This document shows positions 1 to 12,618 of a stretch of 64,000 nucleotides of DNA, one piece after another; position 1 is the first letter of the stretch, and each line of letters begins with the position of its first letter. The translations under genes were made by a program, and so were the position numbers. Source of the stretch: Eledone cirrhosa (Eukaryota); the NCBI GenBank assembly GCA_964016885.1, contig OZ024762.1, positions 10,044,001-10,108,000 of the forward strand, read 5' to 3'. Under the pieces are notes generated by a model. The model was not told the origin of the DNA. It did not search any database and saw only the letters and a list, made by a program, of their open reading frames with translations.

Positions 1-120
1 TTAGCCTTTCATCCTTACTGGGTCAATAAAATAGAGTACCAGTAATGCACTGGGTATTTATTGGCCTTGTGTGTCTTAAAATATGGAAATAAATATAAAG
101 TGTAGTTGATGTTATTTTAC

Positions 121-226
121 CTTGATTAACTTTTCAGGTGAGAATCTCTCACTGTTAACCATCTCCTGTGTCAGTTCAGCCATTAAAGTGTAGAACTCAT
201 CAGCACTACCAACCATTAGTATTCTC
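121..226 (-). CDS. TBC1D30: TBC1D30 exon 8 (RILMVGSADEFYTLMAELTQEMVNSERFSPEKLIK); gene continues beyond the window
   Basis: CAG acceptor, AAG|GTAAAA donor, phase 2-0; resembles vertebrate ADEFYSTMGRLTQEM. Confidence 0.92.
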
Positions 227-674
227 CTGTGGAGACAGACAGACAGACATTGAAGTTGGGATTTAATATATACATATATATATAAGGATTAGAATACTGG
301 AGCGTGTTTGAGTCAAGCACCCTCTTCGTATTATAGAAATGACAGTAAAAGGTATAGCTCAATGCAGTTAAACAGATATATATATACATATACACATATA
401 TACATATATATATATATATACATATATATATACATATATATATATATACACACACATATATATACATATACACACACATATATATATACATATATACACA
501 CATATATATATACATATACATATATATATACATATACATATATCACCCTTGCAAGCAGGGAAAAGCGGACGTAAAATGATGATGATGATGATGATGATAT
601 ACATATACACATTCATATACACATATATATATATATATATACATATACACATTCATATACACATATATATATAT

Positions 675-711
<37 letters not shown>

Positions 712-754
712 TGCATACATATACACATTCATATACACATACATATATATATAT

Positions 755-792
<38 letters not shown>

Positions 793-837
793 GAGAGCAG
801 GCCGAAGGGAAGGTCTGTAGTTACCACACATACTTAC

Positions 838-1009
838 TTGGAGAGTTTATTCCAGATGACCAACGCTGCTCGTAGTAAAATCTCGGAACCTTCTAGTAAT
901 ATGGAGTCCCACAATCGGAGAACCGTTTTCTTTGGAAGACATGTTGCAAACAATGTTAAAAACCATTGCATTGTGAAGACGTTAGTCAATGGCGGCTCGT
1001 AGATGGCAC
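838..1009 (-). CDS. TBC1D30: TBC1D30 exon 7 ([56 protein letters not shown]); not in ORF track
   Basis: CAG acceptor, GTAAGT donor, phase 1-2. [23 protein letters not shown] is characteristic of TBC1D30. Confidence 0.97.
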
Positions 1010-1289
1010 CTGGTCACATATAAGAGATTCTAATTAGCAATGTCGTTTTAAAGATTTAATTAGATTACATAAGGTCAATCTGCTGCAAAGAATATATAGG
1101 ACTCTGTTTTCCTATGATTTTTACTGTTGATTTTTGGATGCATTTTCTCTCTGCATGATTCATCTTTTATATTTGGATTACATATGGATTGGACACTATA
1201 TTTGGATTACATATGGATTGGACACTACCGTTATATTTTGGTAGATTTATCTACACATATATATATATATATGTGTGTGTGTGTATGTG

Positions 1290-1362
<73 letters not shown>

Positions 1363-1429
1363 ATATATATATATATGTGTGTGTGTATATATATATATAT
1401 GTGTGTGTATATATATATATGTATGTGCG

Positions 1430-1464
<35 letters not shown>

Positions 1465-1840
1465 ATATATATATGTGTGTGAGTGTATTTATATATATAT
1501 ATATATGTGTGTGTGCATATATATATATGTGTGTGTGTGTGCATGTGCATATATATATATATGTGTGTGTGTGTGTGTATATATATGTGTGTATGTGTAT
1601 GTATATGTATATGTATATGTATACATATCTTTTGTAATTAAGTGTGTGCACATGTCCCACAGGGGGATCTAACCCAAAAGACAAGATGGAATAACAATTT
1701 AAGACCAGAAAGATGAGGAGGCACAAAAGAGAACAGATAGTCATTGAGGAGGTCACAAATATGTGATGCAAGAACTTTGATGAACTACGAAATAATGTTT
1801 ATTAAAGAAACAAAACAAAAAGCAGCAGCAAGAAACTTAC

Positions 1841-2009
1841 CCGATGCCTCTTCCTGTGCAGCCTTCTGTAGGTTGTCCAAATGTTGAGAAAGAGAGGGGA
1901 ACTTCCAATGGAGCAAATCCCTAAACACAGCCATGTCAACAGATAAGGCACGCAAATTGTTGGCAAAATAACTGTCAGGGAGCACGTGATCAATGAGATA
2001 TACCATAAC
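1841..2009 (-). CDS. TBC1D30: TBC1D30 exon 6 (VMVYLIDHVLPDSYFANNLRALSVDMAVFRDLLHWKFPSLSQHLDNLQKAAQEEAS)
   Basis: CAG acceptor, G|GTAAGT donor, phase 0-1. Confidence 0.97.
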
Positions 2010-2095
2010 CTGACAGAAACAGAAGTATAACAACTGTTAATATTTCATACATTTACACTATGATATACAAGTATACTGGTTTAACCGCTTTACTT

Positions 2096-2132
2096 CCCTC
2101 TGAAGAAGAGATATTATCTCGAAAATTAAGGA
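2096..2132 (+). ncRNA. Minimal type I hammerhead ribozyme motif (family D)
   Basis: cct-CTGAAGA-aGAGAT att ATCTC-GAAA-AT-TA-agg: stem II hairpin, AATT palindromic stem III, short stem I. Confidence 0.6.
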
Positions 2133-2346
2133 CATTTAAATAAATCTAAGGTAAAAGATTAATTGTCAACAATATCTTTTGCATTTGCATTCTTTATTCT
2201 ATGTCCATACCTGCATTGGCTTGGCTTTACAAATACAAACGTTTATACCTCATTACACAATGCTTCAAGTGAACTATAACTTCCTCCTTATATATATATA
2301 TACAATGATATTAAATAAATGGAAACTATATTTATAAAACCATATT

Positions 2347-2408
2347 TATTCTATTATATATATTTCAAGGGTACCAAAAATTTTTGTACGCTATCATCAG
2401 ATAAAATA
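2347..2408 (-). ncRNA. Hammerhead motif (family B)
   Basis: tattttat-CTGATGA-tagcGTAC..GTACcctt-GAAA-tatata-TA-atagaata. Confidence 0.65.
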
Positions 2409-3175
2409 CAGTGTGTTTTATAAATTTTGACATAACCAAGGATAATATACCTTAATGGTTCAAGTTATTCCTAGTTATGTGTTGGAAGGTGTAGGAATAT
2501 TTTTGATGGAATAATCCATATCGTATACCTCCATGGTGTATTTTGGTTAATTTCCTGAAACTGTAGAGTGCTCAACTTATCGGGCTGGAAGATGCCAATC
2601 ATATATGAGATATAGATAAAAAGCTCTGTAGCCTACATAGAGCACTCTCTTTTCCTTTACCTTTCCTACGGAAATACTTCATATATATATATATATATAT
2701 ATATATCATCAATCATTTTGCGTCCGCTTTTCCCTGCTTGCAAGGGTGGGACAGGAACTGATTCTGGCTTGATTTCTACAGCTGGATGCCCTTCCTAACA
2801 CCAACCTCATTTACAGTGAGTGCTGGGTGCTTTTTTGCCATGGCACCTCCACGACCACTTTGCAGTGGAATGATAGGGACCCCAGTCCCTATCATCTCAT
2901 TTCTACAGCTGAGTAAACTGGAGCAATGTGAAATAAAGTGTCTTGCTGAAGGAAACAACACATCACCCGGTCTGAGAATTGAACTCACAACCTTTCGATT
3001 GCAAGGCCATATATAAATAATATTAATAAATGGAAATATCTTTATAAAACCATATTTATTTTATTATATTGGTACGCTTTCGTCAGATAAAATACAAAGT
3101 TTGGTTAAAAGATAATGACATATCTACAGATGAACTTAATGTTATGAGTTCACTGCGGATAGACTATCGACTTAC

Positions 3176-3361
3176 TTTCAGTGCTTCATCCTCCCTTCTG
3201 TCGAAGACATCCAGCAGTAATGCTGCTATCACATTGAAACCTTGGCAGTAGCCAACATTTTTGTTCCAACGTGCATAGGCCAACAGAACTCTTTTTAATA
3301 CAGCACGTTCCTCCTCGTTGTCATGGCCACTGAAGCTGCGACAACCAGTACGATGGAGGTC
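3176..3361 (-). CDS. TBC1D30: TBC1D30 exon 5 with the catalytic DLHRT (Arg finger) and YCQG (Gln finger) motifs
   Basis: Translates DLHRTGCRSFSGHDNEEERAVLKRVLLAYARWNKNVGYCQGFNVIAALLLDVFDRREDEALK; CAG acceptor, GTAAGT donor. Confidence 0.97.
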
Positions 3362-3825
3362 CTGCGATAAAGAAAAGAAAGAGATATTACGAATATAAGG
3401 AAAAACTGGATGGAAGAGGATTCCGATGCAGTGTACAAGAGAGAAGACTGCACTGGTATCGACATGTGATGTGTACGGATTGTATGGATGATGATTGTGG
3501 GGTGAAGTATGGGTATGTGATGAGTATGGATGAGGATTGTGATGATGGTGGTGGTGGTGGTGATGATGGTGACAGTGATGGTGGTGATGGTGGTGGTGGT
3601 GACGATGGTGATGGAGATGATGGTGGTGACGGTGGTGATGGAGATGATGGTGGTGGTGGTGGTGATGGTGATGATGATGGTGGTGATGGAGATGACGACG
3701 ATGGTGGTGGTGATGATGACGATGGTAGTGGTGATGGTGGTGGTGATGGTAGTGACAATGATGGTGATGGTGATGACGATGACAGTGATGGTAATGATGA
3801 TGATGATGATGATGGTGTCTTTTAC

Positions 3826-3951
3826 CTTGACAATCTGAAGTCCAAGTTTATTGTCATCAGGATTGCAACGGTCATTGAATGCAAATCTGACAGTCTTTTC
3901 CCAGTCCAGGTGAATCTCTTTGATATAATGATCAGCCAAACTGAGCCACAC
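3826..3951 (-). CDS. TBC1D30: TBC1D30 exon 4 (VWLSLADHYIKEIHLDWEKTVRFAFNDRCNPDDNKLGLQIVK)
   Basis: CAG acceptor, AAG|GTAAAA donor, 126 nt, phase 0-0. Confidence 0.95.
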
Positions 3952-4169
3952 CTGAAGAAAAGAGGGAGAGAAAAAGGAATGAGGAGAAGGAGAAGGAGGA
4001 GAGAAAAACAGACAAACAAAAACAACAACAGCAACAACAAAAGCAGATGAGAAATCTTATTAGGTATTTATTTATGTGTAGATATGTTCCGATAAATGTT
4101 CAGAGCCATCCTCAGCATTCTCGTGTAGCACCCATTAATCAGTATACACTGAACATTAATCAGTATACA

Positions 4170-4470
4170 CTGAGGATGAAGAACTCAGAGCTGTATGGGA
4201 GCCTCCCAAAAGTCAGCTCAAAAGTGACACAGAGGAGACTGAGGTTAGCTGGACATGCTCACCGACATCCAGAGTTGACATTGCACTCAGTGCTCCTGTG
4301 GGAGCCTCTACATGGACACACTGGAAGAGGAAGACCAAGGTTAACGTATGTTGATGCCCTATGGACAGACACTGGTCTGTTGGAGATGCAGGAGATGGCA
4401 GCGATAATGAGGGACAGAGACCGCTGGAGAGAACTCGTCCATGGGTCTCGGGAATTTTACCTGCCCTAGA
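4170..4470 (+). mobile_element. 3' end fragment of another RTE-like LINE
   Basis: RRLRLAGHAHRH...GRGRPRLTY...DRDRWR motif. Confidence 0.8.
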
Positions 4471-5103
4471 AATAGAAAAAAATATGTTCCAAAGTCCATG
4501 TCAAGTTGTTCTTGAGCGCTACAAGTAACATGTCCTCTTGGGTCTCAAATAATAGAGGTGGGGGGTTGGAATAGGGGGAGGATAAGCGTGGGGAGAAATA
4601 AGGGGAGAATGAGGGTGGATAAGCATGGGGGTAGGGAACAAGGAGAGAATAGGGGGGGGGATAAGCAAGGGGATTGGAAATTCGGTAATTTTTCTAGGTT
4701 GTCTGTTCATTTTTTTAAAAACCAGAATTAGTCGTTTAGTTTACATATTGAGATCCCAACCCATCCTATTTATTTTATAACGTATGGTATTTCTAGTAAT
4801 GGACGTTTTTTTTTGTTTTTTTTTGTCATGCATAATGTTTTTTTAATGTATAAAAAAAAAACGAAAATAAAATTTTGCTGGAGATAGACAAGCAAAATTT
4901 CAGACCATCAGTCACCCACACATACCACTCCCCTCCCTCCTCACGTCATTGATGTCATCCAAAGGAAAAGCAAAGGATACAGCTTGGCACCACTTGCAAT
5001 ATATATATATATATATATATTGCAAGGGCAGTGCCACAGCAGCATGGCCTCAGCCGGATGGCTGGAACAGGTAAAAGAGTAAATATATATTTAATATAGA
5101 AAT

Positions 5104-5154
5104 GGCTTCAACAGAACTAGAACTGTTTCATTCAAAGGAAATCATCAGGAAAGC
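5104..5154 (-). ncRNA. Hammerhead motif (family A)
   Basis: gctttc-CTGATGA-tTTC cttt GAAt-GAAA-CAG ttctagtt CTG-TT-gaagcc. Confidence 0.6.
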
Positions 5155-5320
5155 AGGGCTTTCTTGATGATTTCCTGGTGATTTCCTGGAGATTGTAAAA
5201 CCACAGAAACATGAGAACAACTAACTCTTGTTCTCCAGTAGATCCAGAATGGCAAAAAGTTGGAGTAGTGAAATCATCAGAGGAAACTGGAACTTAACAA
5301 CAAGAACAGTAAGTGCTTAC

Positions 5321-5451
5321 CTTTCTTCTGAATTCCTCGGGGATTCCAAGAGGGAGCCGTGCCACTCCTTTCATAGCATCTACCCATTGTTCGTAGGCGT
5401 TCTCACCAACCAATGGAGGTTCAATACTGAACTTAATTCTGGTGTCAATTC
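5321..5451 (-). CDS. TBC1D30: TBC1D30 exon 3 (IDTRIKFSIEPPLVGENAYEQWVDAMKGVARLPLGIPEEFRRK), start of TBC domain
   Basis: Polypyrimidine tract + TAG acceptor, AAG|GTAAGC donor, GIPxxxR TBC motif. Confidence 0.95.
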
Positions 5452-5599
5452 CTAGAGAAGAGAAGAAAAAAATAATGTAGTGGGTGGGTACAGATCTCAA
5501 GCACTAGGGAGATTGACATGTCCTTGACATAATGAAAGGGCCCTTCTAATCCTTTGTTTGGCAAGATTTTTACAACTGGATGTCCTTCCTATCACCATA

Positions 5600-5631
<32 letters not shown>

Positions 5632-5800
5632 GTATAACGAAGGAAGTGTGGTAAGGAACCAGGTGGACCATAACGCACCAGAGTACTCGATACTTTGGGT
5701 AGTAGAGTGGGTAATAGGAAAAGAGTCAGGACCCCGACGGCTAGTTCAGAACTAGCTGTCGAAATGGCCGGAGCTCAGCCGTCAGGGTCCTGACTCTTTT

Positions 5801-5838
<38 letters not shown>

Positions 5839-5975
5839 AGCATATAGAGAGAAATACACAGATATGTGCTCAATGATAATTGTGAGTCTTCAACTCCACT
5901 TTTTAATTTTATATATATATAAAATAATTAAGTCAAATATGTAAAATTTGGCTTCATTTATTATAAATTAGATAT

Positions 5976-6030
5976 ACTGCTATATATATTTCGGTGACAG
6001 CCATCATTGGCTGTGACCTCTTCAGGCAGT
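5976..6030 (-). ncRNA. Hammerhead motif (family J)
   Basis: ACTGC-CTGAAGA-GGTcACAGCC aatgat GGCTGTcACC-GAAA-tatatata-TA-GCAGT; perfect 5-bp stem I. Confidence 0.75.
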
Positions 6031-6523
6031 CCGAATTGGTGTGGGAAAGACAGGTACACATGTTGTTGAAGTGTCTTTTACTCCGTCAATACATCGATAT
6101 GTCCAGCTCCTGGTTGTGTTATTCCTCTGAGGAATATATATATATATATATATTAACAAAATACACCCCCGTCCCACCACCCCCACCCCATCCACACCGC
6201 CCCTTTCAATGTAAAGTTATGTTGGTGCCACAACATCCAGGCCGAAACAAATGAGATCGTGTAGGTGTCACGATAAAAAAACACACAGTCCACGCTGTAA
6301 TGTGGCCGTGTAGGCAACACGGTAAAAACCTCCCAGCCCCACACTGTAAATGTGGTTGGTGTTGGGAAGGGCATCCAGCTGTAGAAAACCCGCCAGACAG
6401 TCCTATGCGAGCAAGACAATCACTCTTGCCTCAAGTGGGAAATACCCCCCGTCCAAACCCATGCAAATGTGGAACACGGACGTTAAACGTTGATGGTGAT
6501 GATGATGATGATGATATACTCTG

Positions 6524-6578
6524 GAGTTTTTCTGATGACAATGTGATAAACAGGTGAAACTCCAGAGTAATAAAATTC
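6524..6578 (+). ncRNA. Degenerate hammerhead motif
   Basis: CTGATGA...GAAA-CTC ca GAG-TA with a weak stem II; related inverted repeat at about 23745-23885. Confidence 0.4.
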
Positions 6579-6957
6579 ACTATTTAGCCTTAATAAAATG
6601 AATATATATATGATGATGATGATGATGATTTATTTATTTAGGTTTGTTGGTTCACCACTGGATAGAACTGGTCATTCCGTATGGTCAACCTCGATGTAAT
6701 ATTAGGGAGAGCCCTCAACGTAATGCAACTCACCCGTCTTTGTTTGTGTAGTTGGTGGTGCGAGTACGGAGTTAATTATTATAAAATAACAGGAGGCTGG
6801 ACTGGTGTAATTCCTTAAAAGGTTTATTATACTATGATCATTTCAATGACTTGAGGGTGGCCAACCGGGGTAGAAGCTGGTAAATGGTCTGCCGCCCTCA
6901 TGTCTCTGATTTTCAGCCCCATGGATTTTGTCTATTATATTCCTTTGTTATATTCGA

Positions 6958-7015
6958 ATACCTGATGATGTCACCGGATTCATACTGAACCCGGTCATTG
7001 AAATGATCATAGTAT
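6958..7015 (+). ncRNA. Hammerhead motif (family E)
   Basis: ATAC-CTGATGA-..ACCGG aTTCA tac TGAAc CCGGT..-GAAA-TGATCA-TA-GTAT; palindromic stem III. Confidence 0.75.
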
Positions 7016-7776
7016 AATAAACCTTTTAAGGAATTACACCAGTCCAGGCTCCTGTTATTTTATAATATATATATATTTATATATATATATATATATATAG
7101 AGCATTGTCTATATAGAGCATTGGCCTTGCAATCGAAAGGTTGTGAGTTCAATTCTCAGACCGGGTGATGTGTTGTTTCCTTGAGCAAGACACTTTATTT
7201 CACATTGCTCCAGTTTAGTCAGCTGTAGAAATGAGATGATAGGGACTGGGGTCCATATTATTCCACTGTAAAGTGGTCGTGGAGGTGCCACGGCAAAAAA
7301 GCACCCAGCACTCACTGTAAATGAGGTTGGTGTTAGGAAGGGCATCCAGCTGTAGAAATCATGCCAGAATCAGTTCCCGTCCCACCCTTGCAAGCAGGGA
7401 AAAGCGGACGTAAAATGAAATGATGATGATGATGATGATGATATCATTATCATTGTTTAATGCCCATTTCCCACGCTTGCAAGAGTTAGACGGGTTGTTG
7501 CATTATAAAAAAATTCAGGTCAGGAGACCAAGTCTTCCTCAAACAAATCTGTATTTTGACTTGGTTTCTGCGGCTGGATGCCCTTCCTAACACCAACCAC
7601 GTTACAGTGTGGACTGATATATATGTACTTGAAATGAACGAACAAAACACACAGGAGGCAATTGTACAGTTATATTACGTTCACGTTTGGTATAAGTGGA
7701 GGATGGACCTGTTATTTTAATCTAAAGACATTTTTTCCAATTCCACTCCTCCCCCTCTATCTTATTTCTCATTCTT

Positions 7777-7812
7777 TCTTCTGATGAAGGACTAGCGTCC
7801 GAAACGTTAAGA
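7777..7812 (+). ncRNA. Minimal hammerhead motif (family K), Penelope-type
   Basis: TCTT-CTGATGA-aGGAC tagc GTCC-GAAA-CG-TT-AAGA. Confidence 0.75.
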
Positions 7813-7894
7813 CCCTCTTCGTGCTATATCAAGCGTTAACCTAATATATCTCTTCCATATACTGTACCGATTGCGTTGTTATTTCTGTTTACCT

Positions 7895-7926
<32 letters not shown>

Positions 7927-8113
7927 CATACATACATACATACATACATACATACATACATACATACATACATACATACATACATACATACATACATACA
8001 TACATACATACATACATACATACATACATACATGCATACATATTATATATATATATATATATATATAGTAATTTCTAGCAAAGCGGGTGACCATGTAGAG
8101 CAGGACTGGTAAA

Positions 8114-8155
<42 letters not shown>

Positions 8156-9101
8156 TTTACCAGTCCAGCTCTACATGGTCACCCGCTTTGTTAGAAATAC
8201 CAGCCAAATCATTGTTAATTTACACCATGAGAAAACCTTAAAATGTAGTCCTACGTAATTTTAAACAGGTTAACCAAGGGTTAACAACAACTAATGTAAG
8301 GACATAAATTACTGACCAACAGATGCAACACCCTTCTCACTCCGCTCCCATCTCTTATCTCAAGATAAAAAGAATTACGAGTCAACGGAGAGGGGGAAGC
8401 TATTCTTGACGACTAACTGTTGTCACAGAAATAACAGTAATTACCATTATTATTACATAAGCACGAACTTTCAACATTTACAGAGAGAACGTCTTAAAGA
8501 ATGATTGATGTGATGTCAATTGCACGAGTATGTGTGTGCATGTGTCTTTATAGTGACTGTTAAAAACAATAATATTAATTCTTCGATAAAATAAAGTACC
8601 AGTAATACACTGCCGTCGATGTAGTCGACTTTCCCCTCCTCCAAAATTGTTGGCCTTGTGGCTAAGCCAGAAACCAATATTAATCCTTAACGTCCAGTAT
8701 CGCCCAAAATCACACCAAGCAAGAAATTCAGTAAAAGTACAAAACAGTACTATGACTGCATCACATTAAATATTAAAGTCTTCCTCTAATACTGCAAATC
8801 TTCACAACGATCTGTCCACTAGTAAATATACTATAGATATTTGAATTAAGAAACTTGTTTTTAGATATTTTCTCCTAAATCATTACAGAATGTTAAGAGT
8901 TTAACATTTAAAAAAAATGTTCTCCATTTTTTGTAACAAAAGCAATATTATAATATAATATAATATACGGTAATAATATAATATAATATAATATATGTAA
9001 TATACGGTAATAATATAATGTAATATAAAATATGTAATGTACCAAACATTACGACACAAACAAGAATAAATAGAACAACAACAATAACAGCATCAACTCA
9101 C

Positions 9102-9237
9102 CAAAGCTGGAAGGGCAACTGGCAGATTTACCAAATGAAAGAGGGGTATGCAATCGCCTCCTTGCAGATATTATCTCCTGTCGTTTCTTGTTCTTCTTGA
9201 ACAAGCGAGATTCCAAATTATTCATAAAGGCGAACAT
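9102..9237 (-). CDS. TBC1D30: Probable alternative first coding exon of TBC1D30 (MFAFMNNLESRLFKKNKKRQEIISARRRLHTPLSFGKSASCPSSF)
   Basis: ATG at 9237, consensus donor G|GTGAGT at 9102/9101, and phase 1 matching the exon at 5451. Lies in unique, non-repetitive sequence. Confidence 0.6.
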
Positions 9238-10944
9238 ATTTGGACAGTCGTAGAAGACAACAAGATAAAGAAGAAGAACTTAAATGATGTTCTGATTTGA
9301 TCCTCCAGATCGGTTCTGGAAGCGATGTGGAATTTCAACTATCGAATATGGTGCAGTTTCCGATAGAATTACATTGGTTCCGCACAAGAAATAAGCACAC
9401 ATTTCTTCGATTATCCAAATGAAATGATCCAAGGAAAGATATTATTAGTAAGTGGCGCTCTCCTTCCCTCTGTCTCTCGACACAGATCGATACACACAGA
9501 GTTAAAGATAGAGAGGGGAGTTCACTATGTGATACATCAAGCGATCAATACTTTTAAAAGATGTCAACAGATGTGAAAGAAAGATGAATTGAACATACGG
9601 TGCGATGGTAAATTGGCGAACAGAAACATATAAGAATAAACAGTCAAATAGAAATATATTCTGGACTGAGAAATAGATTGTTTGTGGGCGGCGGGGGTGT
9701 AAGTTAAAACTCTCACCACTGTCTGGTATCGAACACAGATCAACAATGACAGGGGCAGTTACAGCAGTTGTTAAAACTACAGCAGTCCAATTGATTCATA
9801 AGATTGTTGTAGTAGTAGTAGTTGTTGTTGTTGTTGTTGTTGTTGTTGTCGTAGTCGTCCCGTAATGGTGAAAATTATAATGATGATGATGCTGACTATA
9901 TATACGATTGTGGTAATGTGTGGTTATGGTGAATTATAATGATGATGATGATGACTATAGATACGATTGTGGTAATGTGTGGTTATGGTGGTGATGTGAG
10001 GTTCCGTGTAGCGATAAAGGTGGTCGTGGTAATCTTGATGGTGGTTGTACTGGTGTACAGCGATGATGGTGGTTGTGTTGATAGTAATGGTGATGTTGGT
10101 TTTATGTATCGATGTTGGTTGTATGTATCGATGTTGGTGATAATGTGTACTGCTTACTACTCCTCAACATGTCCCATCAAAATAAAAAAAACTGTTACTA
10201 AAACCACCAAGTAGTACTAACAGTGCATTGTACAATAAATAACTGGTCCAATCAATTTAGTTTCAGAACGAAATATTTCGTTCGCTTCGTTCGGTAAATT
10301 CTATATGGTAGGAAAATATAAAACATGGAGTGTGAAGACACATAGTAGATTAAAATATTAATAATTTGTAGGTAGAAACTAACTAGAAAAGACGAAACGT
10401 GGTGTGGAGATAATAAACAGGTTGTATTGTAATATAGATAGAATGATTAGATGGTTGGTAGTTGGTTTGGTTCGTTTGAGAGAATAACAAATAAACGAGA
10501 AAGGATATTACGAAGAAAACGGAGATAAATATCCAGGTTTCTTTCTCAACGGTTCATTCTCTCATTCATTCGTTTCTTCTCTCGGCTTCCATTGAGAGAG
10601 GAGAATGAGATAAAAAGAAGAAGAAATGAAGAAAAAAAAATGGGGGAAAAAAAGAGGAAGAAGCGAGCAGCGCCTACGATAGATAAACAAGGAGAACCAC
10701 CATCGATCATCTATCGAATGAACTAGGAGATAAGGTATTTAGAAAATTGAATGGGAGGTGGAGGAAGAGCAGGAGTGAGGGGAAGTGTGAGTGTGTGAGA
10801 TAGATAGACAGAAAGATACAGAAGGGGTGTGTTGTATGGGAAAGAGAGAGAGGAGTGAGTGTGCGTGAGAGAGAAAGAGACAACGAGGCGTGTGTGGGAG
10901 ATAAGGAATATATATATATATTTATATATATATCTGTATGTATA

Positions 10945-10995
<51 letters not shown>

Positions 10996-11045
10996 GTATG
11001 TTTAAGTGTATATATATAAATATATATATATATCTGTATGTATAA

Positions 11046-11095
<50 letters not shown>

Positions 11096-11096
11096 A

Positions 11097-11167
<71 letters not shown>

Positions 11168-11299
11168 GTATGTATAAGTGTGTGTGTGTATATATATATA
11201 TATATACACACACACTTATACATCAGTACGTCCTCGTCAGATAAATATATATATATATACGATATTAACAAATGGAAACTATATTTATAAAACCATATT

Positions 11300-11364
11300 T
11301 ATTTCATTATACATATTTCAAGGACACCAAGTTAAATTATGGTGTGCTTTCATCAGATAAAATA
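11300..11364 (-). ncRNA. Hammerhead motif (family B) in one arm of an inverted repeat at 11257-11481
   Basis: TATTTTAT-CTGATGA-AAGcACACCA..TGGTGTcCTT-GAAA-tatgta-TA-ATGAAATA. Confidence 0.75.
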
Positions 11365-11702
11365 TAATATAGAGCAGTTTTATAAATAAAGCACACCATA
11401 ATTTAACTTGGTGTCCTTGAAATATGTATAATGAAATAAATATGGTTTTATAAATATAGTTTTCATTTGTTAATATCGTATTTTTACTCCAAATATTTGT
11501 TGAGTGCTTTATATCAGTTATAAAAATATTTGCTTGTTGTATCCCAACAATTTAAATAGAACTTTTACATATTATATATATATATATATATATTATTCAA
11601 AACATTTACAAATGAAGATATTCACATAATCAAAAAATGTTTTATTATATAGTACCAGTAATACACTGGGTATTTGCTGGCCTTGTGCCAAAAGTAGAAA
11701 CA

Positions 11703-11762
11703 ATTATATATATTTCGAAGGTACTGTGCCGTTTCTTCAGTACGTCCTCGTCAGATAAAATA
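11703..11762 (-). ncRNA. Hammerhead motif (family B-like), stem I 3' strand truncated by a SINE fragment
   Basis: CTGACGA-ggacGTACTG..CAGTACcttc-GAAA-tatata-TA. Confidence 0.55.
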
Positions 11763-11886
11763 CATAATTTGATATATGACATACCTCTACGGTCTTGATA
11801 GTTCAATTCCAGTATTGGCATATATATATATATAACAAAATACTGGTGTGTATGAATATAACAAGACACTAGGTTGTGTATATAAT

Positions 11887-11929
<43 letters not shown>

Positions 11930-12153
11930 GGTTTCTTATATAGGCACAAGGCCAGTAATTTGTGGGGAGAGGGGAAAGTCGATTAAATCGACCTCAGTGC
12001 GTGACTGGTACTTTATTTTATCGACCCCGTAAGGATGAAAGGCAAAGTTAACCTCGGCAGGATTTGAACTCAGATCATGAAGGGCCGTAACTCTATGCTG
12101 CACAACATGCCGTCCTACCCTCTAGATCAAAAGATGGTTAAAAGAGTTTCATG

Positions 12154-12224
12154 TATGTTATTATGCGCATTTCAAAAACAAATATCATCATGGGATGATA
12201 TTTGCGTTCTCATCAGATAAAATA
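12154..12224 (-). ncRNA. Hammerhead motif (family C), left arm of an inverted repeat
   Basis: Reverse-complement copy of the motif at 12335-12405. Confidence 0.7.
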
Positions 12225-12334
12225 GGGAGACATGATGTGAAGCTTAAAAAACACTTGCGAGCAGTGAAGTGTTATATGTTGATTTAACACTTCACTGCTC
12301 GCAAGTGTTTTTTAAGCTTCATATCATGTCTCCC

Positions 12335-12405
12335 TATTTTATCTGATGAGAACGCAAATATCATCCCATGATGTTATTTGTTTTTGAAATGCGCATAATA
12401 AAATA
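12335..12405 (+). ncRNA. Hammerhead motif (family C)
   Basis: TATTTTAT-CTGATGA-long stem II (CAAATA-CATC ccat GATG-TATTTG)-GAAA-TGCGCA-TA-ATAAAATA; perfect 8-bp stem I and palindromic stem III. Confidence 0.8.
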
Positions 12406-12525
12406 CATGAAACTCTTTTAACCATCTTTTGATCTTATATTATTTATACTCCAGTCCTATAAACTGTCGAGTGCTATTTAACCGATATTTGCATTGCTTT
12501 ATTGTGCTACAATAAAACTCACCTC

Positions 12526-12618
<93 letters not shown>

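Noticed and set aside
3295-3951. 218-aa ORF as a single exon
   Set aside because: Only 3826-3951 is TBC1D30-like; the rest is read-through into a (CAT/CAC)n intron after a good donor.
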